Made by a program: the position numbers and the translations under genes
In this document: in pieces, positions 10,329-23,100 of the stretch
Position numbering within the stretch: position 1 is the first letter of the stretch
Layout of the letters: each line of letters begins with the position of its first letter
DNA from: Torpedo marmorata
Taxonomy: Eukaryota
Length of the DNA: 64,000 nucleotides
Direction of reading: 5' to 3'
NCBI GenBank assembly: GCA_977017645.1
Contig: OZ360257.1
Span: forward strand, 15,314,001 to 15,378,000
The notes under the pieces: generated by a model
Told to the model about the DNA's origin: nothing
The model's input: the letters and a program-made list of their open reading frames with translations, nothing else
The model's database searches: none

Positions 10329-10688
10329 CAGTGGTTTTCAAACTTTTTCTTTCCACTCATATACCACCTTAAGTAATCCCTGTGCCATTAGTAAGGGTTA
10401 CTTAAGTTGGTATGTGAGTGGGGGAAAAAGGTTGAGAACCACTGCTCGATACCTAATTGTTACTGAAATATTTTGCTTCAGAAAAATTGTCATTGGCCCA
10501 TTTCCTTTGGAGTTATGAAACCGTGCACATAACGAGTCAACGAGGTACGATTAAAACAGTGGTTTTCAAACTATTTATTTCCACTCACATACCGCCTTAT
10601 ATAATTCCTTACTAATCACAGAGCAACTATGGCATAGGGATTACTTAATGTGGTGTGTGAGTGTGAAGAAAAAGTTTGAAAACTACTG
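10329..10688. mobile_element. Non-autonomous hAT-Charlie-like MITE with an 8-bp TSD (copies at 22490-22863 and 55697-56071; monomer at 34733-34864)
   Basis: Termini CAGTGGTTTTCAAAC ... GTTTGAAAACTACTG. Flanks CATTAAGC (10321-10328) and CATTAAAC (10689-10696). Confidence 0.88.
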
Positions 10689-11854
10689 CATTAAACTAAA
10701 TGGCGCAACTGCATCTCATCTCTCCAATCATGGAGCGATCAGTAATTTTAAAGAACGAAATAAATAACAATCCTATTCTTAGAATAGTTGGTGTACATCG
10801 TAAGCCATGTAACATCTGCTAAAACCTTTTTTCTTACTCGAGTTTTAAAGTCAAGTTGTTTGTCATCTGATTGTACAAGTACAACCCGAAGAAACAGCGT
10901 TCTCTGTTCTTAGGTGCAAAACATGCAGACATACAACCAGACATAACACACATACAGACAAATAATACATATTTACGTCATACATATAATACATTTTAAT
11001 TCACAGCTTCTTCAACCGGCGCAATGCTCTTGTCCATTGAATAAACGCGTTGCTTTTGCTGACTTAAGTTCCCAAATTTATAGAAACAACTCCCAAGTGT
11101 TCGTGTTGCATTTCGATTTTTAATATACTGCAGCAAAATGTGGTGACATAAAATTGAGGGAATCAATGGAAAATAGCTAATGGTTTAGCTTTGCACGTGG
11201 CGAAATAATTTTCAATGTAAGTCAAACACTCAGAAAAGATCCCCGCATGCCGATCCAATATAAGGAAGGTATGTGCGCTACATTGCTTTATTTGAAAGAG
11301 ATTTTCCGCCGCTCACGTTAAATTTAAGAAACAGTCTGGTGGCTTTTGTTTCCTCGAATTACCTCCAGCTAAAGGCGTTGAGACAGCAGGATCAGAGCAG
11401 CCTGTGTGTTCCAAGTACAAGCAGCAGCTACATGGAGCTTCCCAGTGCTCCAGGCAGTTGTAGATCTCGATCTAAACCAGGCTGCAATACCATCCTAGGA
11501 ACGAAAATTATCCATAATTATTTGGAGGAATTGGGCATGTTTCGTCGTCTGGTTTGTTACTTCCAACAAGTATAATGTGCAGCAAGATCATGAAAGAAAT
11601 ACCTTAAATCAAAGGCAACAACCGGAACAGCATTTGAAAAGAAAATTGTAAATAATTCTGATGTCCAGGATGAATCCGCAGTTGGGGAGAAGGGGATTGA
11701 TTAAGGAGAGTTAGCATAGCTTTTTTGTTGGCAGATTATATACAACCAATTTTGTGTTTGTTTCGAGGAACAGCTCAATGTATCGATTAGAGTACTGCAG
11801 TTGATGAAATTGACACGAATTTCGGTACGACCCTGTCAAATATCCAGACAATGG

Positions 11855-12080
11855 ACTTGCACGGTTAGCGTAGCGGTTAGTGCAACACATTTACAGGGCC
11901 GGTTTCCCGGGTTCGAATCCGGCCCTGTCTGTGAGGAGTTTGTCCGTTCTCCATGTGTCTGCGTGGATTTCCTCCGGGTGATCCTGTTTCCTCCCACCCT
12001 TTAAAACGTAGTTTATTGGGTTATTTGAGCGGCACAGACCGAGGGCCAGAAAGGCCTGTTACGGTGCTGTATGTCGAAAT
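11855..12080 (+). mobile_element. HE1/V-SINE (also ~24040, 36030, 45825, 57238)
   Basis: GCACGGTTAGCGTAGCGGTTAGTGCAAC..GGGTTCGAATCC..GAGGAGTTTGTCCGTTCTCC..GGCCTGTTACGGTGCTGTATGTC. Confidence 0.87.
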
Positions 12081-12179
12081 AATGCACTGGTCCACAGATG
12101 AAGGGATCAAAGGCAATTTGGAAATTTGGATTCAATGTTTGCCTCGTAACAGAAGGTAATAGTTCATGATGGATAATTG

Positions 12180-12450
12180 AATATAGAATATAGAAATCTT
12201 CAACGTAGTATAGGCCATTTGGGCCACTTTGTTATGCCAATCTGATAATCTCCGCTTCCAAGAATTCCGAGAATTTCCGTCCTGTATAACGCTCATTTTC
12301 ACTCTGTTACATGTACCAATATACTAGTCTCTTAAAATATCCTAATGTACCTGCCTCTAAAACAGTTGCCAGCAGAAAATCCCATGCACCCATTACTCTC
12401 TGTGTGAAGATCGTGCCTCTAACCCTACCCATGTACTTACTCCGAAGCAC
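12180..12450 (-). mobile_element. CR1 3' tail fragment (all five units that include this region)
   Basis: Minus-strand GRVRGTIFTQRVMGAWDFLLATVLEAGTLGYFKRL, with an ATATAGA tandem tail at ~12181. Confidence 0.75.
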
Positions 12451-12563
12451 TTTTAAACGCCCCCCACCCCCGCCTGAATGGAGGTTTTGCTTTGCGTGTG
12501 GAAACCTTTCTTCCAAAGTGCCAAAACGTGAAACTATTGGGGGCACTCAGCGGATTGAACAGC

Positions 12564-12642
12564 GTGTGTGTGTGTGTGTGTGTTTCTGTATGTGTGTGTG
12601 TGAGTGAGTAAGTGTGTGTGTGTGTGAGTGAGTGTGTGAGTG
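12564..12642. repeat. (TG)n microsatellite (also ~24733-24821, ~46529-46607, ~57942-58015; N-filled at 36718-37341)
   Basis: Direct reading. Confidence 0.95.
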
Positions 12643-12954
12643 GGCGGGTGGCAGCGATAGTGGAGTTTTCGGGACGATACTTTTCCTCAGGGCCATGCTT
12701 GAACTTCAGCTCAGCAAGGTCAGGTTTGACCTTCTTTTCAGGAGAGATGGATCTGATCTCGGCTCCCATATGACATCAACGTTATTAAAGTAAATGCGCA
12801 CAAGTCTAAGTAGAGCAAGCATGCAGTCTCATCGCGCTTATGCCACACTCTTAAAACTACCAGAGAAACGTGGTTCAATAATAATATAATTGCAGCAAAT
12901 CACGAAGTGTCTTCTGTTCTGCCCTTCAGATCAGAGAACATTATTAATCTAAAT

Positions 12955-14330
12955 CTATAAAAAGGGTAAAAGAGAGTATCCTGAGAATTACAGACAGGTG
13001 AGGCTTACGTCAGTGGTGTGCAAACTATTGGAGAGGATTCTTAAGGACAGGATCTATGAGCATTTGGAGAAGTACAGTCGTCTGAGGGACATAGGCATGG
13101 CTTTGTGAGGGATTGGTCGTGCCTCATGAACCACATTGCATTTTCTGAGGAGATAACAAAGTATAAATAGGAAAGTGTGACAGTAACCCAGGTACATATG
13201 GATTTCAGTGAGGCGTTTGATAAGGTTCCCCATGAAAGACTCGGTCAGAAAGACATCAGGCATTCTATCCACGGAATCTTGGCTGTGTGGATAAAAAATT
13301 GGCTTGCCTGTAGAAAGCAGAGGACGGAACAGATAGTATTCTGTCTGAACATCAGTGACCAGTGGAGTTCCGCAGGGATATATTCTAGAACCCCTGCTCT
13401 TTGTGCTTTTTATAAATGACCGAGATGAAGAGCGGAAGGTTGTGTCAGTAGGTTTTCAGATGATATAATTGTTGGAGGAGCTGCAGTTAGTGTTGAAATT
13501 TGTCGTAGATTTCAATGCAGAGATGGGCGCAAAAGTGGCAGATCGAGTTCAATCCGGATAGGTTTGTGAAGCATTTTGGAAGGTCAAACCTTGATGAATA
13601 CAACATTAATGGTCGGATACTTAAGAGTGTGGAGGAACAGAGGGACCTTGTAGTTCAAATCCATAGATCTCTCAATGCTTCCGCGCAGGTTGATAGGATA
13701 GTTAAGAAGGCCTATGGGATGCTGGGTTTCAATAATAGGGATATTGTGTTCAATAGTATAGAGGTCATGTTGCAACTCTACACACCTCTGGTTAGACCAT
13801 ACATATAGTATTTTATTCAGTTCTGGCCACATCGTTATAGGAAGGATGTGGAAACTGTGGAGAGGGTGCGGAGGAGATTTACCAGGGTATTGCCTGGATT
13901 GGAAAATGTCTTCCGAGGCAAGGTTAGTAGAGCAAGGACTTTTTTGTTTGGAGCGAAGAAGGATGAGAGGTGACTTCATCAAAGTCTCCAAAAATATATA
14001 CAATAGATAGGGAAAACAGCAAGCGTCTTTTCGCAGGGAGGGAATAGCAAACACCAGGGGACGTATGCACAAAGTGAAGGGCGATATCAGAGGTAAATTA
14101 TTCACACAGAGATGGAGGTGCCGGCAATGCCTTGCCAGGTTGGTGGTGGGGGCTGAAACATTTTGGGTATTTAAGAGACTCGTAGACAGGCACATGGATG
14201 AACGAAAATTAGAGGATTAAGAGGTTGGAAGGTTTCAGTATTTTCTTGGTAGGAATATACAGATCGGTACAACATTGAAGGCCGAATAGCCTGTACTGTG
14301 CTCTCATGTTCCATCTTCTATGTTCTATGT
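12955..14330 (+). mobile_element. Decayed CR1/HER1 LINE RT to 3' end (copies at ~25135-26520, 37640-39030, 46920-48310, 58330-59720)
   Basis: Peptides KKGKREYPENYRQVRLTSVVCKLLE, MDFSEAFDKVPH, WAQKWQIEFNPD, EQRDL and LYTPLVRP. Ends in a TTCTATG tandem tail directly before the family B pseudogene. Confidence 0.92.
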
Positions 14331-14339
14331 TTTGAAACT

Positions 14340-15487
14340 ACTTTGCTGCCAATCGTCATTCTGTTCCATGTAATTTACGGCCTCTCAAAATGCATCACTC
14401 AGTGGTTGCTGGGAATGGCAGAAGCTGAATGAGTGGTTGTGAAACTGTATATGAATTGATTTTTTATGAGAGTAACGATCGGTATTTTCCACATTCAGAC
14501 TTCAATCAGACTTCTCTCTGGAGAGTTATTCTGACCATGTTATTTATTTCCATTGACGGTTCAATGTGACTAACTGTGGCTTTCATGTTCGATCGATTGT
14601 TTGCTATTTGTCACCAAACGTTACGAGCAAAATATTGCACAGAAAATAATTCATATGTAGCGAAAGCGCGGTGGAACTTTCCTCAACATTTGGAGAAAAC
14701 ACCATTTTATTTACTAACGTCGGGAAGTAATTGATAACGTTGAATTATCCTGCAATGTAATATCATGCTTTTACACCTTATGAATTTGAGCAGTTATTCT
14801 CTGGCAGTAAAAAGTCTTTAACGCATTTACTCTTTATGTCTTTATCTTGGCGCCACATTCCCTGACCATCAGCCGCATTATACCGGCTATCCGAGCGAGG
14901 AGCGAACTCCGAAGAAAGAACAACAATGGGAACCGCAGTGTCGCAGAGATGGGGAACCGCAGGAAACCGATAATGTTTCTGATGGTCATTTCCAGCACGT
15001 TTATTCTCTTCAGGATGGCTTTCATATGCGTGCAATTTACTGATACGCAGTTTTTGGAAGGAAGCTGCAATGATACCTTCACCATTGCGGGATTGTCGGG
15101 TTATATGCTGATGTTTTCGATTTCTTGCCCAATCCCATTGTTAACAATAGCGGTTAGAGCAACGCTATTTCAGCGCCAGCGACCCGGGTTCATTTCCGGC
15201 GCTACTGTAAGTAGTTTGTACATTCTCCCCATGTCAACGTGTGTTTCCTCCGTGCCCTCCGGTTTCCTCCCAAATAAAAAAAACGGAAGGAGGTTGAAAG
15301 TTAATTGTGGTATTTTGGTGGCATGTGCTCGTGGGCCGGAAGTGCCAGTTCCCGTTCCGTGTGCCACATTTAAAATTTAAAACACTTCATTGTTGCACTA
15401 TCCCAGAGAAAATTCAGAGAGGGTCTGAAGAATCTGGTAAAATGTCTAGTGACTCTTCTTACCAAGGCAAACAACTGCAAGGAATGA
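14340..15487 (+). pseudogene. Family B GPR139-like pseudogene (exon-2 equivalent) with stops, frameshifts and a SINE in TM7
   Basis: Hand translation: LLPIVILFHVIYGLSKCITQWLLGMA...YFPHS...SIDGSM*LTVAFMFDRLFAICHQTLRAKYCTE...LTISRI...EMGNRRKPI...GYMLMFSISC [SINE] ...ALSQRKFREGLKNLVK. TGA at 14567 replaces the TM3 Trp. Confidence 0.88.
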
Positions 15488-17391
15488 CAACAGTTTATTT
15501 TCTCACTTAACAAAATGAATAACCTCGAACAAACGAAACAAAAATCACTGTACGTGCATGACCACAAAGTAACCTTCAAATGAAAATTGTGTCTCTGGAA
15601 GGTGCACAGAACATAAAATATACAACACACTGCAGTCCCTTCAGTACACGACTTTGTGCCAATTTACGTAAACCCATTCCACAACAATATTATTTCCCAA
15701 GCGCACACCTATAACGCTATATATTTCTTACACCCTGTTCCTATCTTGGAGACATTAGAATGTCCCTATTGTAGCAACCTCCACCACCACCACAGGCAAT
15801 GATTTCGAGGGACCAACCACTATCCGTTTAAAAACGTACCTCCCACATTTGCCTTAAAGTTTCCTTTACTCACCTTAATAATTTGTCCTCCGGTATTAAC
15901 TATTGTGGCCCCAGGAAACAGGTGCTGAATGTCCAAACTTTCTAAGCCCCCTCATAACCTTATTTACCTCTGTTTATTCACCTGTCATCCACAGAGAAAA
16001 GCTCTATCTCTGTCAACCTTGCTCCATATGACATGGTCACCAATCCAGGCAATAAAATATCCTGATAAATATCTGCACCCTCTCTAATGCATCTACATAC
16101 TTGCTGTAACAAAGCGAACATAACTGTACGCAGTATTCAAAGTGTGGTCTCACCAGAGTTTTATGGGTCTGCAACATTTCCTCTCGGCTTTTATCCGACG
16201 AATGAAGGCCAACCCACCATACACCTTCTTGACCAGCGCGTCAACTAGCGCAGCAACCTTGAGGGTGCAGTAACATGGACCCCAAGATCTCTCAGTTCCT
16301 CCAAACTGTTAGAAATTCTGCCATTAACACGCACTCCGCCTTCGATTCGACCTCTAAAGTGCACTACACTTAACCGTATATAACTCAATCTGCCACTTCT
16401 CTGCCCAACTCCGCATCCTGTCTATATCCCGTTATAACCCATGACAGCCTTCTGCACTCCCGACAACACTGTGAAGCTTTGTATCATTCGCAAATGCAAA
16501 GAAAATAGAGCACAGAAAGAAACTCTCTGATTGGACATGATGCCTTCGAACCAACCCTCAGCGTTGATGCATTACCGCAAATACCACAGGCGATCCAACC
16601 ACTTCTCGGATCTGTGTGGCGTTTGCAACAAAAATTAACCCAGCATTTCAAGCGGGACGGTTCACGTCACAGTTCAGCGCAACGCATTTACAGCGTCAGC
16701 GACGGGCGTTCAAATACAGCGCTGCCCTGGAAGGAGATTTGTTTCTTTCCCTCGTGAACTGCTCTAATTCCCCGGGTACCCTGGTTTCTTCCCACTCACG
16801 AAAAAATGTATGGGGTTGACATGTTCATTGGATGTAATTTGGCAGGACGGGCTTCATGAGCTAAGGGTCTGTATATTTTAAATAAAAGTTCAGTCAAGCC
16901 ATCATGGCAGACGACGAGTGAAAACAAATCCTCAGGTCAGACCGACTGATGAACGTTTGAAAACTCATGGGAACAAAGTTATTTTCAGGTGTATAATAAT
17001 GAAAAGGAAAATATATGTGATAATCAGGATCATTGGGAACAAACAACGAGGAGAATCGCGAACAAGTCACCCCAGGGACGAGGTTAAAGCGAAGCAAATG
17101 GAGATAGATGAACGCGACACTCCAGTGTCACGGTTCCACGTCAGGTGATGCAGCGAGCTCGCACCTGAACCTTGTTTATTACGATAACTCGTGTTAGTTA
17201 CTCTGGGCGGAGCGATCTCAGGTCATTAAGTTAGAATGAACTGATATTGTTTGTTAAATCGAGTATGTGGAGGTGTTATGTAATTTAATGTCCCAGTAGA
17301 ACGGCTGTCCTATAAATTAGGATTCACAGTGAAACTCTTCGTTTTCACATATTCACATGTGCTGTAGAGAAACCGCTCTTATCCTCAAAAG

Positions 17392-17452
17392 ATGCCACGA
17401 ATAGAAGCCACGGAGATCTTCTATCCCATTCTTGCAATTGTCGGCATTCCTG
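17392..17452 (+). CDS. gpr139-like: Family A GPCR copy 2, exon 1 (MPRIEATEIFYPILAIVGIP+G)
   Basis: ATG at 17392; the second ATG has become ATA. Donor GTAAGT at 17453. Confidence 0.86.
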
Positions 17453-17549
17453 GTAAGTGATTTTGCTGCGATCTCCGCCGAGTGTTTTCTGGTTGTCCGT
17501 ATTCCGGATGAGTATCCCGTGTGTGTGTTAGTGAGTATGTATATACAGG

Positions 17550-17551
<2 letters not shown>

Positions 17552-17589
<38 letters not shown>
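17552..17589. repeat. (CA)n microsatellite near the start of family A intron 1 (N-filled in the other units)
   Basis: Direct reading. Confidence 0.95.
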
Positions 17590-17594
<5 letters not shown>

Positions 17595-19216
17595 TTGTTC
17601 AGCCGTCGTCGCTCTGCCAGGATTTAAAGAATATTTTGACCTGAAGTTGTTGAAGTTAGACAATGTCCAGTCACTAGAAAATAAAACCGAAGACCTCTGG
17701 GCAATGCTGCTCTATCAGAGACAGTTGAGACAAATCTCAGTTGTTTGCTGCTGCGAGTCCTGGCTGACAGAAAACACAAAGAACGCTGTGATCCGACCAG
17801 AGGTTTTAACCATTCACAGGCTGGACTGGGACATGGTTCTGACAAAGTGACAGGGCACGGTGTTTGCTTTCCTGTTAATATCGGTTGGTGCACGGACGTT
17901 GTTGTTCTTTCGAAATCTTCCTTCAGCGGCGGAGAGCAGATATCGATCAAATGAAAACTCTTCAATGTACCCCGAGGTTTCTCATCAGTTATTCTGACCC
18001 GAGTTTATCTCCTTCACGACACCAATTACAAAGAGGCACGTGCGGAGCGTCATGACGTGGTCAGTAAACAAGCCCACCCCGAGACACTTCCAGTCACAGT
18101 CGTTGACTTTAACCAGGCGTGTCTTAAGAAAGCCCTGCGCAAATATCACCAGCACGTAACCTGCTGTACCAGAGACACCAGCTCATTTGAACTTTGCGAC
18201 AACAACATAAGGAGTGCCTACGTTCCTTCATGATACAGCATGTTGGGGTTTGCTGTCCACCCCATCTAAACCCCTCATGATGTTGTCTACCCCCAATAAT
18301 TCACCTCTTCCCCTTCATCGCTGCAGAGAAAAGCCCCAGCTCTGTCGACCTTCCTTCATATGATAGGTTCTGCAATCCAGGCAACACCTTTGCACCTTGT
18401 CCAGAGCATCCAGATATTTCCTATAAGGAGGCGACCATAACTGAACGCAACGATTTGAACTGTTTATCGTCACGTGTACGGGAAAAGGTGAAAAGACATT
18501 ATTTTGCCTGCTATCCAGGCAAGTCAAGCCACATAAAATACAGCAGGCAGCGCAAGGATAAAAATAGTACAGGTGATAGTGTTACGATAAAGTACAGCAT
18601 AACGTGTTAAAGACAGGAGTGCTGTTAATCAATGCAAGTCATTACCTTTTACTCATGAGAGGTCTATTCAAGAGCCTGCCAGCAGGAATGTAAGTGCCCT
18701 TGAATCTGGTTGGGTGCGTCTTTTCCAAACTCGGGCTTCCTCTGCCCGGCGGCAGGGAGAAGGATAGACTGCGGGAGGTGTGTAACAGATTCTTGAACAC
18801 GTATTGTGATTATTTATCCCGGAGTCGGCGGGAGATATGGACGAATTCGATGGACGGGGGATTGGATTATTGATAACGCTGATTCCGTTCATTACTCTCC
18901 GTGGTTTCTAGAGACTCCGAGCTCAGCAGTTTCCACACCAATCTGTGATGCACCCGCACCGGACACTTTCTATTGTTCATCTGCACACAACGGACAGGGT
19001 CAACGGGGGCATGCCGAAATTCCTCATCTTCTGAGGAAGTGAAAGCGTTGCTGCGCTTTCCATTCCGTAGTGCCAGTGTAATGTTGGCAACCGCATAATT
19101 TACAGGAACATACAAATGTTTCGATTAGGTTATTCCAAAAGACTCCATTGTGAAAATTACGTTAAAGATGTTCGCTTGTTTTTCTGGTAGTTTCCTGGTT
19201 TTCCATCTTGTTACAG

Positions 19217-20130
19217 GTAACCTGCTCTCGATTGTGGTCCTGTCCCGGGGAATGTGCGGCCTCTCCAAAGGAGTGATTCGTTACATGGTAACCATGGCAG
19301 TTGCAGACACAATGGTCTGTGTGTTTAACGTTACAGTGACATTCGTTTTCCGCCATCATTTTCAAGGTTCATTCTGGGCACACACCACCACTTGTCGCCT
19401 TTCAGACTTCATACAGAAATCCAGCGTGCAATTTTCTGTCTGGGCCACGGTATCGTTCACAGTGGACCGCTTCATTGCCATTTGTTGCCAGCAATTCAAA
19501 ACAAAATATTGTACCGAAAGAAACGCCACGGTGGTTCTTACAACTGTGGTTCTGCTGAGCTTTTTGATGCATATTCCAGCTTATTTCCGGTATGAACCCC
19601 TTTACATTGCGGGTGATGTCCAATGGGGCTGCCGTACTATAACACAATATATTTCTTCACCAGCATGGCAGACTTACAGATGGTTGTCTAAACTTATGGT
19701 ACCACTGGTGCCGCTGCCGCTGATGTTGCTATTGAATTCTCTCACCGTCCGACACATTTTACTTGTCAGCAGAGCTCGGAAGGCTTTGAAGCGCAGTGGG
19801 GACGGTCAGGTATTTGATCCCGAGATGACGAACCGGAGAACGTCCATTATATTGCTCTTCGCCATTTCTGGTACCTTCATAGCGTTGTGGACACCGGTTA
19901 CGATAATTGACCAATATTTCCATCTCACATTAAGCTTTGCGACCGACGCCCCGAAGTCACTGCTTCTGGCAATTAGATTCGCGATTCTGCTGATGTATTT
20001 GAGCTGCTCTACAAACACTTGTGTTTATGCAATGACACAGAGGAGATTCCGGGAGGAGGTGAAGAAGGTGGCAAAACATCCATGTATTGCCCTTGTACGG
20101 TTTTTAAAACCAATGACGCAGCCACAATGA
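19217..20130 (+). CDS. gpr139-like: Family A GPCR copy 2, exon 2 (324 aa spliced)
   Basis: Acceptor TTACAG ends at 19216. Uninterrupted 7TM frame to TGA at 20128-20130, with the same motifs as copy 1. Confidence 0.93.
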
Positions 20131-23100
20131 ATCAGAGATCATGGCCCTGTTCCTCAGTTCGCTTCCAATGTCGAATCTCGTCCTTTTTCTTTATAATTCC
20201 CTTTAACGTAAGCCCCGTAAACAAAGCCAACCACACACACCATTCCCACACCAACATTTCGGGACGTGTCCTCCTGTACTGCTAAATGGAGGCCATCCGC
20301 AAATTAGGCGACTACTGGATAACTGGCCATTGTAAATGTCCAAACAATTGAATGAAACGTTCAACGACGTACTGCATGAATCACATTTTTCCCAGGTTAA
20401 TCAATACATCAAATTTGAATTCAGGTTTTTTGTTGCATGTACGAAGACCTCTTGAGAGTGTTTTTTGATTTGTTTTTTTTTACAACATACCAGTTGGCAT
20501 CTCATACATAGAAGAAGGAGTGAGACGCAACTAAAAAGTGCAGAGTTACAGAGAAGGAGGTAAAGTGAGAGTNNNNNNNNNNNNNNNNNNNNNNNNNNNN
20601 NNNNNNNNNNNNNNNNNNNNNNNNNNNNNNNNNNNNNNNNNNNNNNNNNNNNNNNNNNNNNNNNNNNNNNNNNNNNNNNNNNNNNNNNNNNNNNNNNNNN
20701 NNNNNAGAGAGTCAGACAGACAGAGACAGAGAGAGGGGGAGAGGGAGGGATAGAGAGAGAGTTCAGTTGGTACGGAACAAAGGAGACATAATTTCACTAT
20801 CTTGGTACAAATACATAAAACGCATAGATTTCTCAGCAGGCCTGGTCGTCTGTGCCAGATCTTTTAAGGAAATTCCGCTGGAGAGCAGAATCGAACGTCA
20901 TCGGGTCAAGCATTTGCAAATTCTTTTCTTATTCAATTTTTTAAAAGGCAGTATCCCAAACACAGGTCGTGTCATATTTAATGTTCTGTATTATAGCATA
21001 ACAATAAAATAAACTTGAATCTTCAATTTCGGGAGGATACAGATCAGGTGAAAACTTGGGCAGGGCGTTGCCAGCTGGAATTTAATACTGACAACTGCAA
21101 ATAGTGCACGGCACATGCACTAAATGTTCCATCAGGAAGGAAACGTGATGAACAGAGAGACATGGGGGTCTGAATTCATAGTTGCCTGAAAGCAGCAACA
21201 CGTTTTTTAGGGTGATGGTGCCTTCCTAGTTCGAGGATAATATACAGGATCTCGAATTTCACAAACACTATTCAGACTGTACTTGAAGTATTGTTTGCAT
21301 TTCAGGTCGCCACACTATTTATGTGATTGGACCGGAGTTGTTGCAGAGGAAATTCACCAGGATGTTGCCTGGAAAGGAGGACGAGCTGTGGAAGGTGCTT
21401 AATAGGAAGGGGCCTATTTTCCCTGGAGCACAGCAGGTTTATGAACGAGCTGGGAAATATAAGTAAGATGATGAGAGTCACCGATAGGGAAGATGTTCAA
21501 AATCTATTTCTAATTTCAAGTTTAACAAAAGTAAGTGGACACGAGTTTAAGGTGAGTTTGAAGGGGGATCTAGGAGATTGTCTTTTTAAACAGGCATATG
21601 AAGCAAAGAAATATGCTGGAGGAACTCAGTAGATCGAGCGTCATTCGTGGAGAAAAGAAACATCGACGTTTCGGGTCTGAAACCTTCATCACGTTTAATA
21701 TTTGATTTGCTATTCTCGGGGATGCGGTGAAGTCAGATATAATTCTCCAAACACATCGGTAAGGAAGCCACTATTTCTGTTGGGTGCTGCTCTTGACTCA
21801 ATTACCTTTATGACGTTGTCTCTCTCGTATTCGGTGATGATCTATTTTATTACCCCGGACTTCTGCTCAACAGCAGAATTCCCGTCAATGGGTTCCAATT
21901 TCCTCAACCGTCACTATGAACAGTGGGATGACGAGCAGAACTCTCCATTCCAGCATAACTGTTCCTGAATCAGCAAAAACGGAACAGGTTAATACTTGAA
22001 ACTTGTGCTTCTTCCACGATGCTCCATAATCATATGTGGGGTCAATCTAAACATTAACAATTTGTTGGAGAATTCGGAAAAATCAATTTCAATTTTTTAT
22101 TTTTCATCCGAATTATTTGATCTGATATTTATGTGGATTTCAGAACAATTTTATTTCCAACCCAAAGGCAAAATGATTTAGTATTTTTCAAGATTCCAAC
22201 AGTGTGAATTTAAACAATACTAAGGAGCAGGCAAATCATCCCAAATTCTAGGATTTGTTGGTTCATTTCCGAATCTATAAATACACATCGCCACTATAAT
22301 AACGCGATGTGGATATATTTTGTTTGGAATGATTCGTCTTCCTGATCGACATCAGCAGTTATGACTTGATTTGTTCTATTTGCTCCAATGAAAATCTGCG
22401 ACTAATGACAATCATTTTGTGTTCATGTGTCATTATGTGTCAGGTTTACTTTATTTATAAGTCAGGCATTGCTGTGAATTCCATTAAGCCAGTGTTTTTC
22501 AAACTTTTTCTTTCCACTCACATACCACCTTAAGTAATCCCTGTGCCATAGGTGCTCTGTGATTAGCAAGGGTTATTTAAGTTGGTATGTGAGTGGGGAA
22601 AAAAGGTTGCGAACCACTGCACTAGACCTAATTGTTACTGACATATTTTGCTTGAGTAAAATTGTTTTTGGCCCATTTCCTTTGGAGTTATGAAACCGTG
22701 CACACAACGATTCAAAGAGGTACGATTAAAACAGTGGTTTTCAAACTTTTTCTTTCCACTCACATACCACCTTAAGTAATCCCTTACTAATCACAGAGCA
22801 ACTATGGCATAGGGATTACATAAAGTGGCATGTGAGTTTGAAGAAAAAGTTTGAAAACCACTGCATTAAACTAACTAGAGCAACTGCATCTCCTCTGTCC
22901 AATCATAGAGCGACCAGTAATTTTAGAGAACGAAAACAATTACAATCCTATTCTTAGAATAGTTGGTGTACTTCTTAAGCCATGTAACATATGCAAAAAA
23001 AAAAATTCTTACTCGAGTTTTCAAGTCAACTCATGTCAAGTTTATTTTCATCTGATTGCACAAGTACAACCCGAAGAAACAGCGTTATCCGGTTCTGGGT

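Noticed and set aside
11273-11575. 100-aa ORF recurring in units 1, 3 and 5 (MRYIALF...), with a faint resemblance of LCVPSTSSS to hAT dimerisation motifs
   Set aside because: GTG start, frameshifted in unit 2, cut in unit 4, and no convincing domain. Recurrence is explained by recent duplication.
11855-11935. tRNA-like sequence with A and B boxes
   Set aside because: SINE head followed by the SINE core and tail; no complete cloverleaf.
12437-12769. Minus-strand ORF MGAEIRSISPEK...THTHTH recurring across units
   Set aside because: It runs into a (TG)n microsatellite with variable frame and shows no recognisable homology or splice signals.
14847-15380. 114-177 aa ORFs that could be read as a novel small membrane protein
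   Set aside because: They are TM5-TM7 of the family B pseudogene reading into a SINE, with upstream stops and frameshifts.
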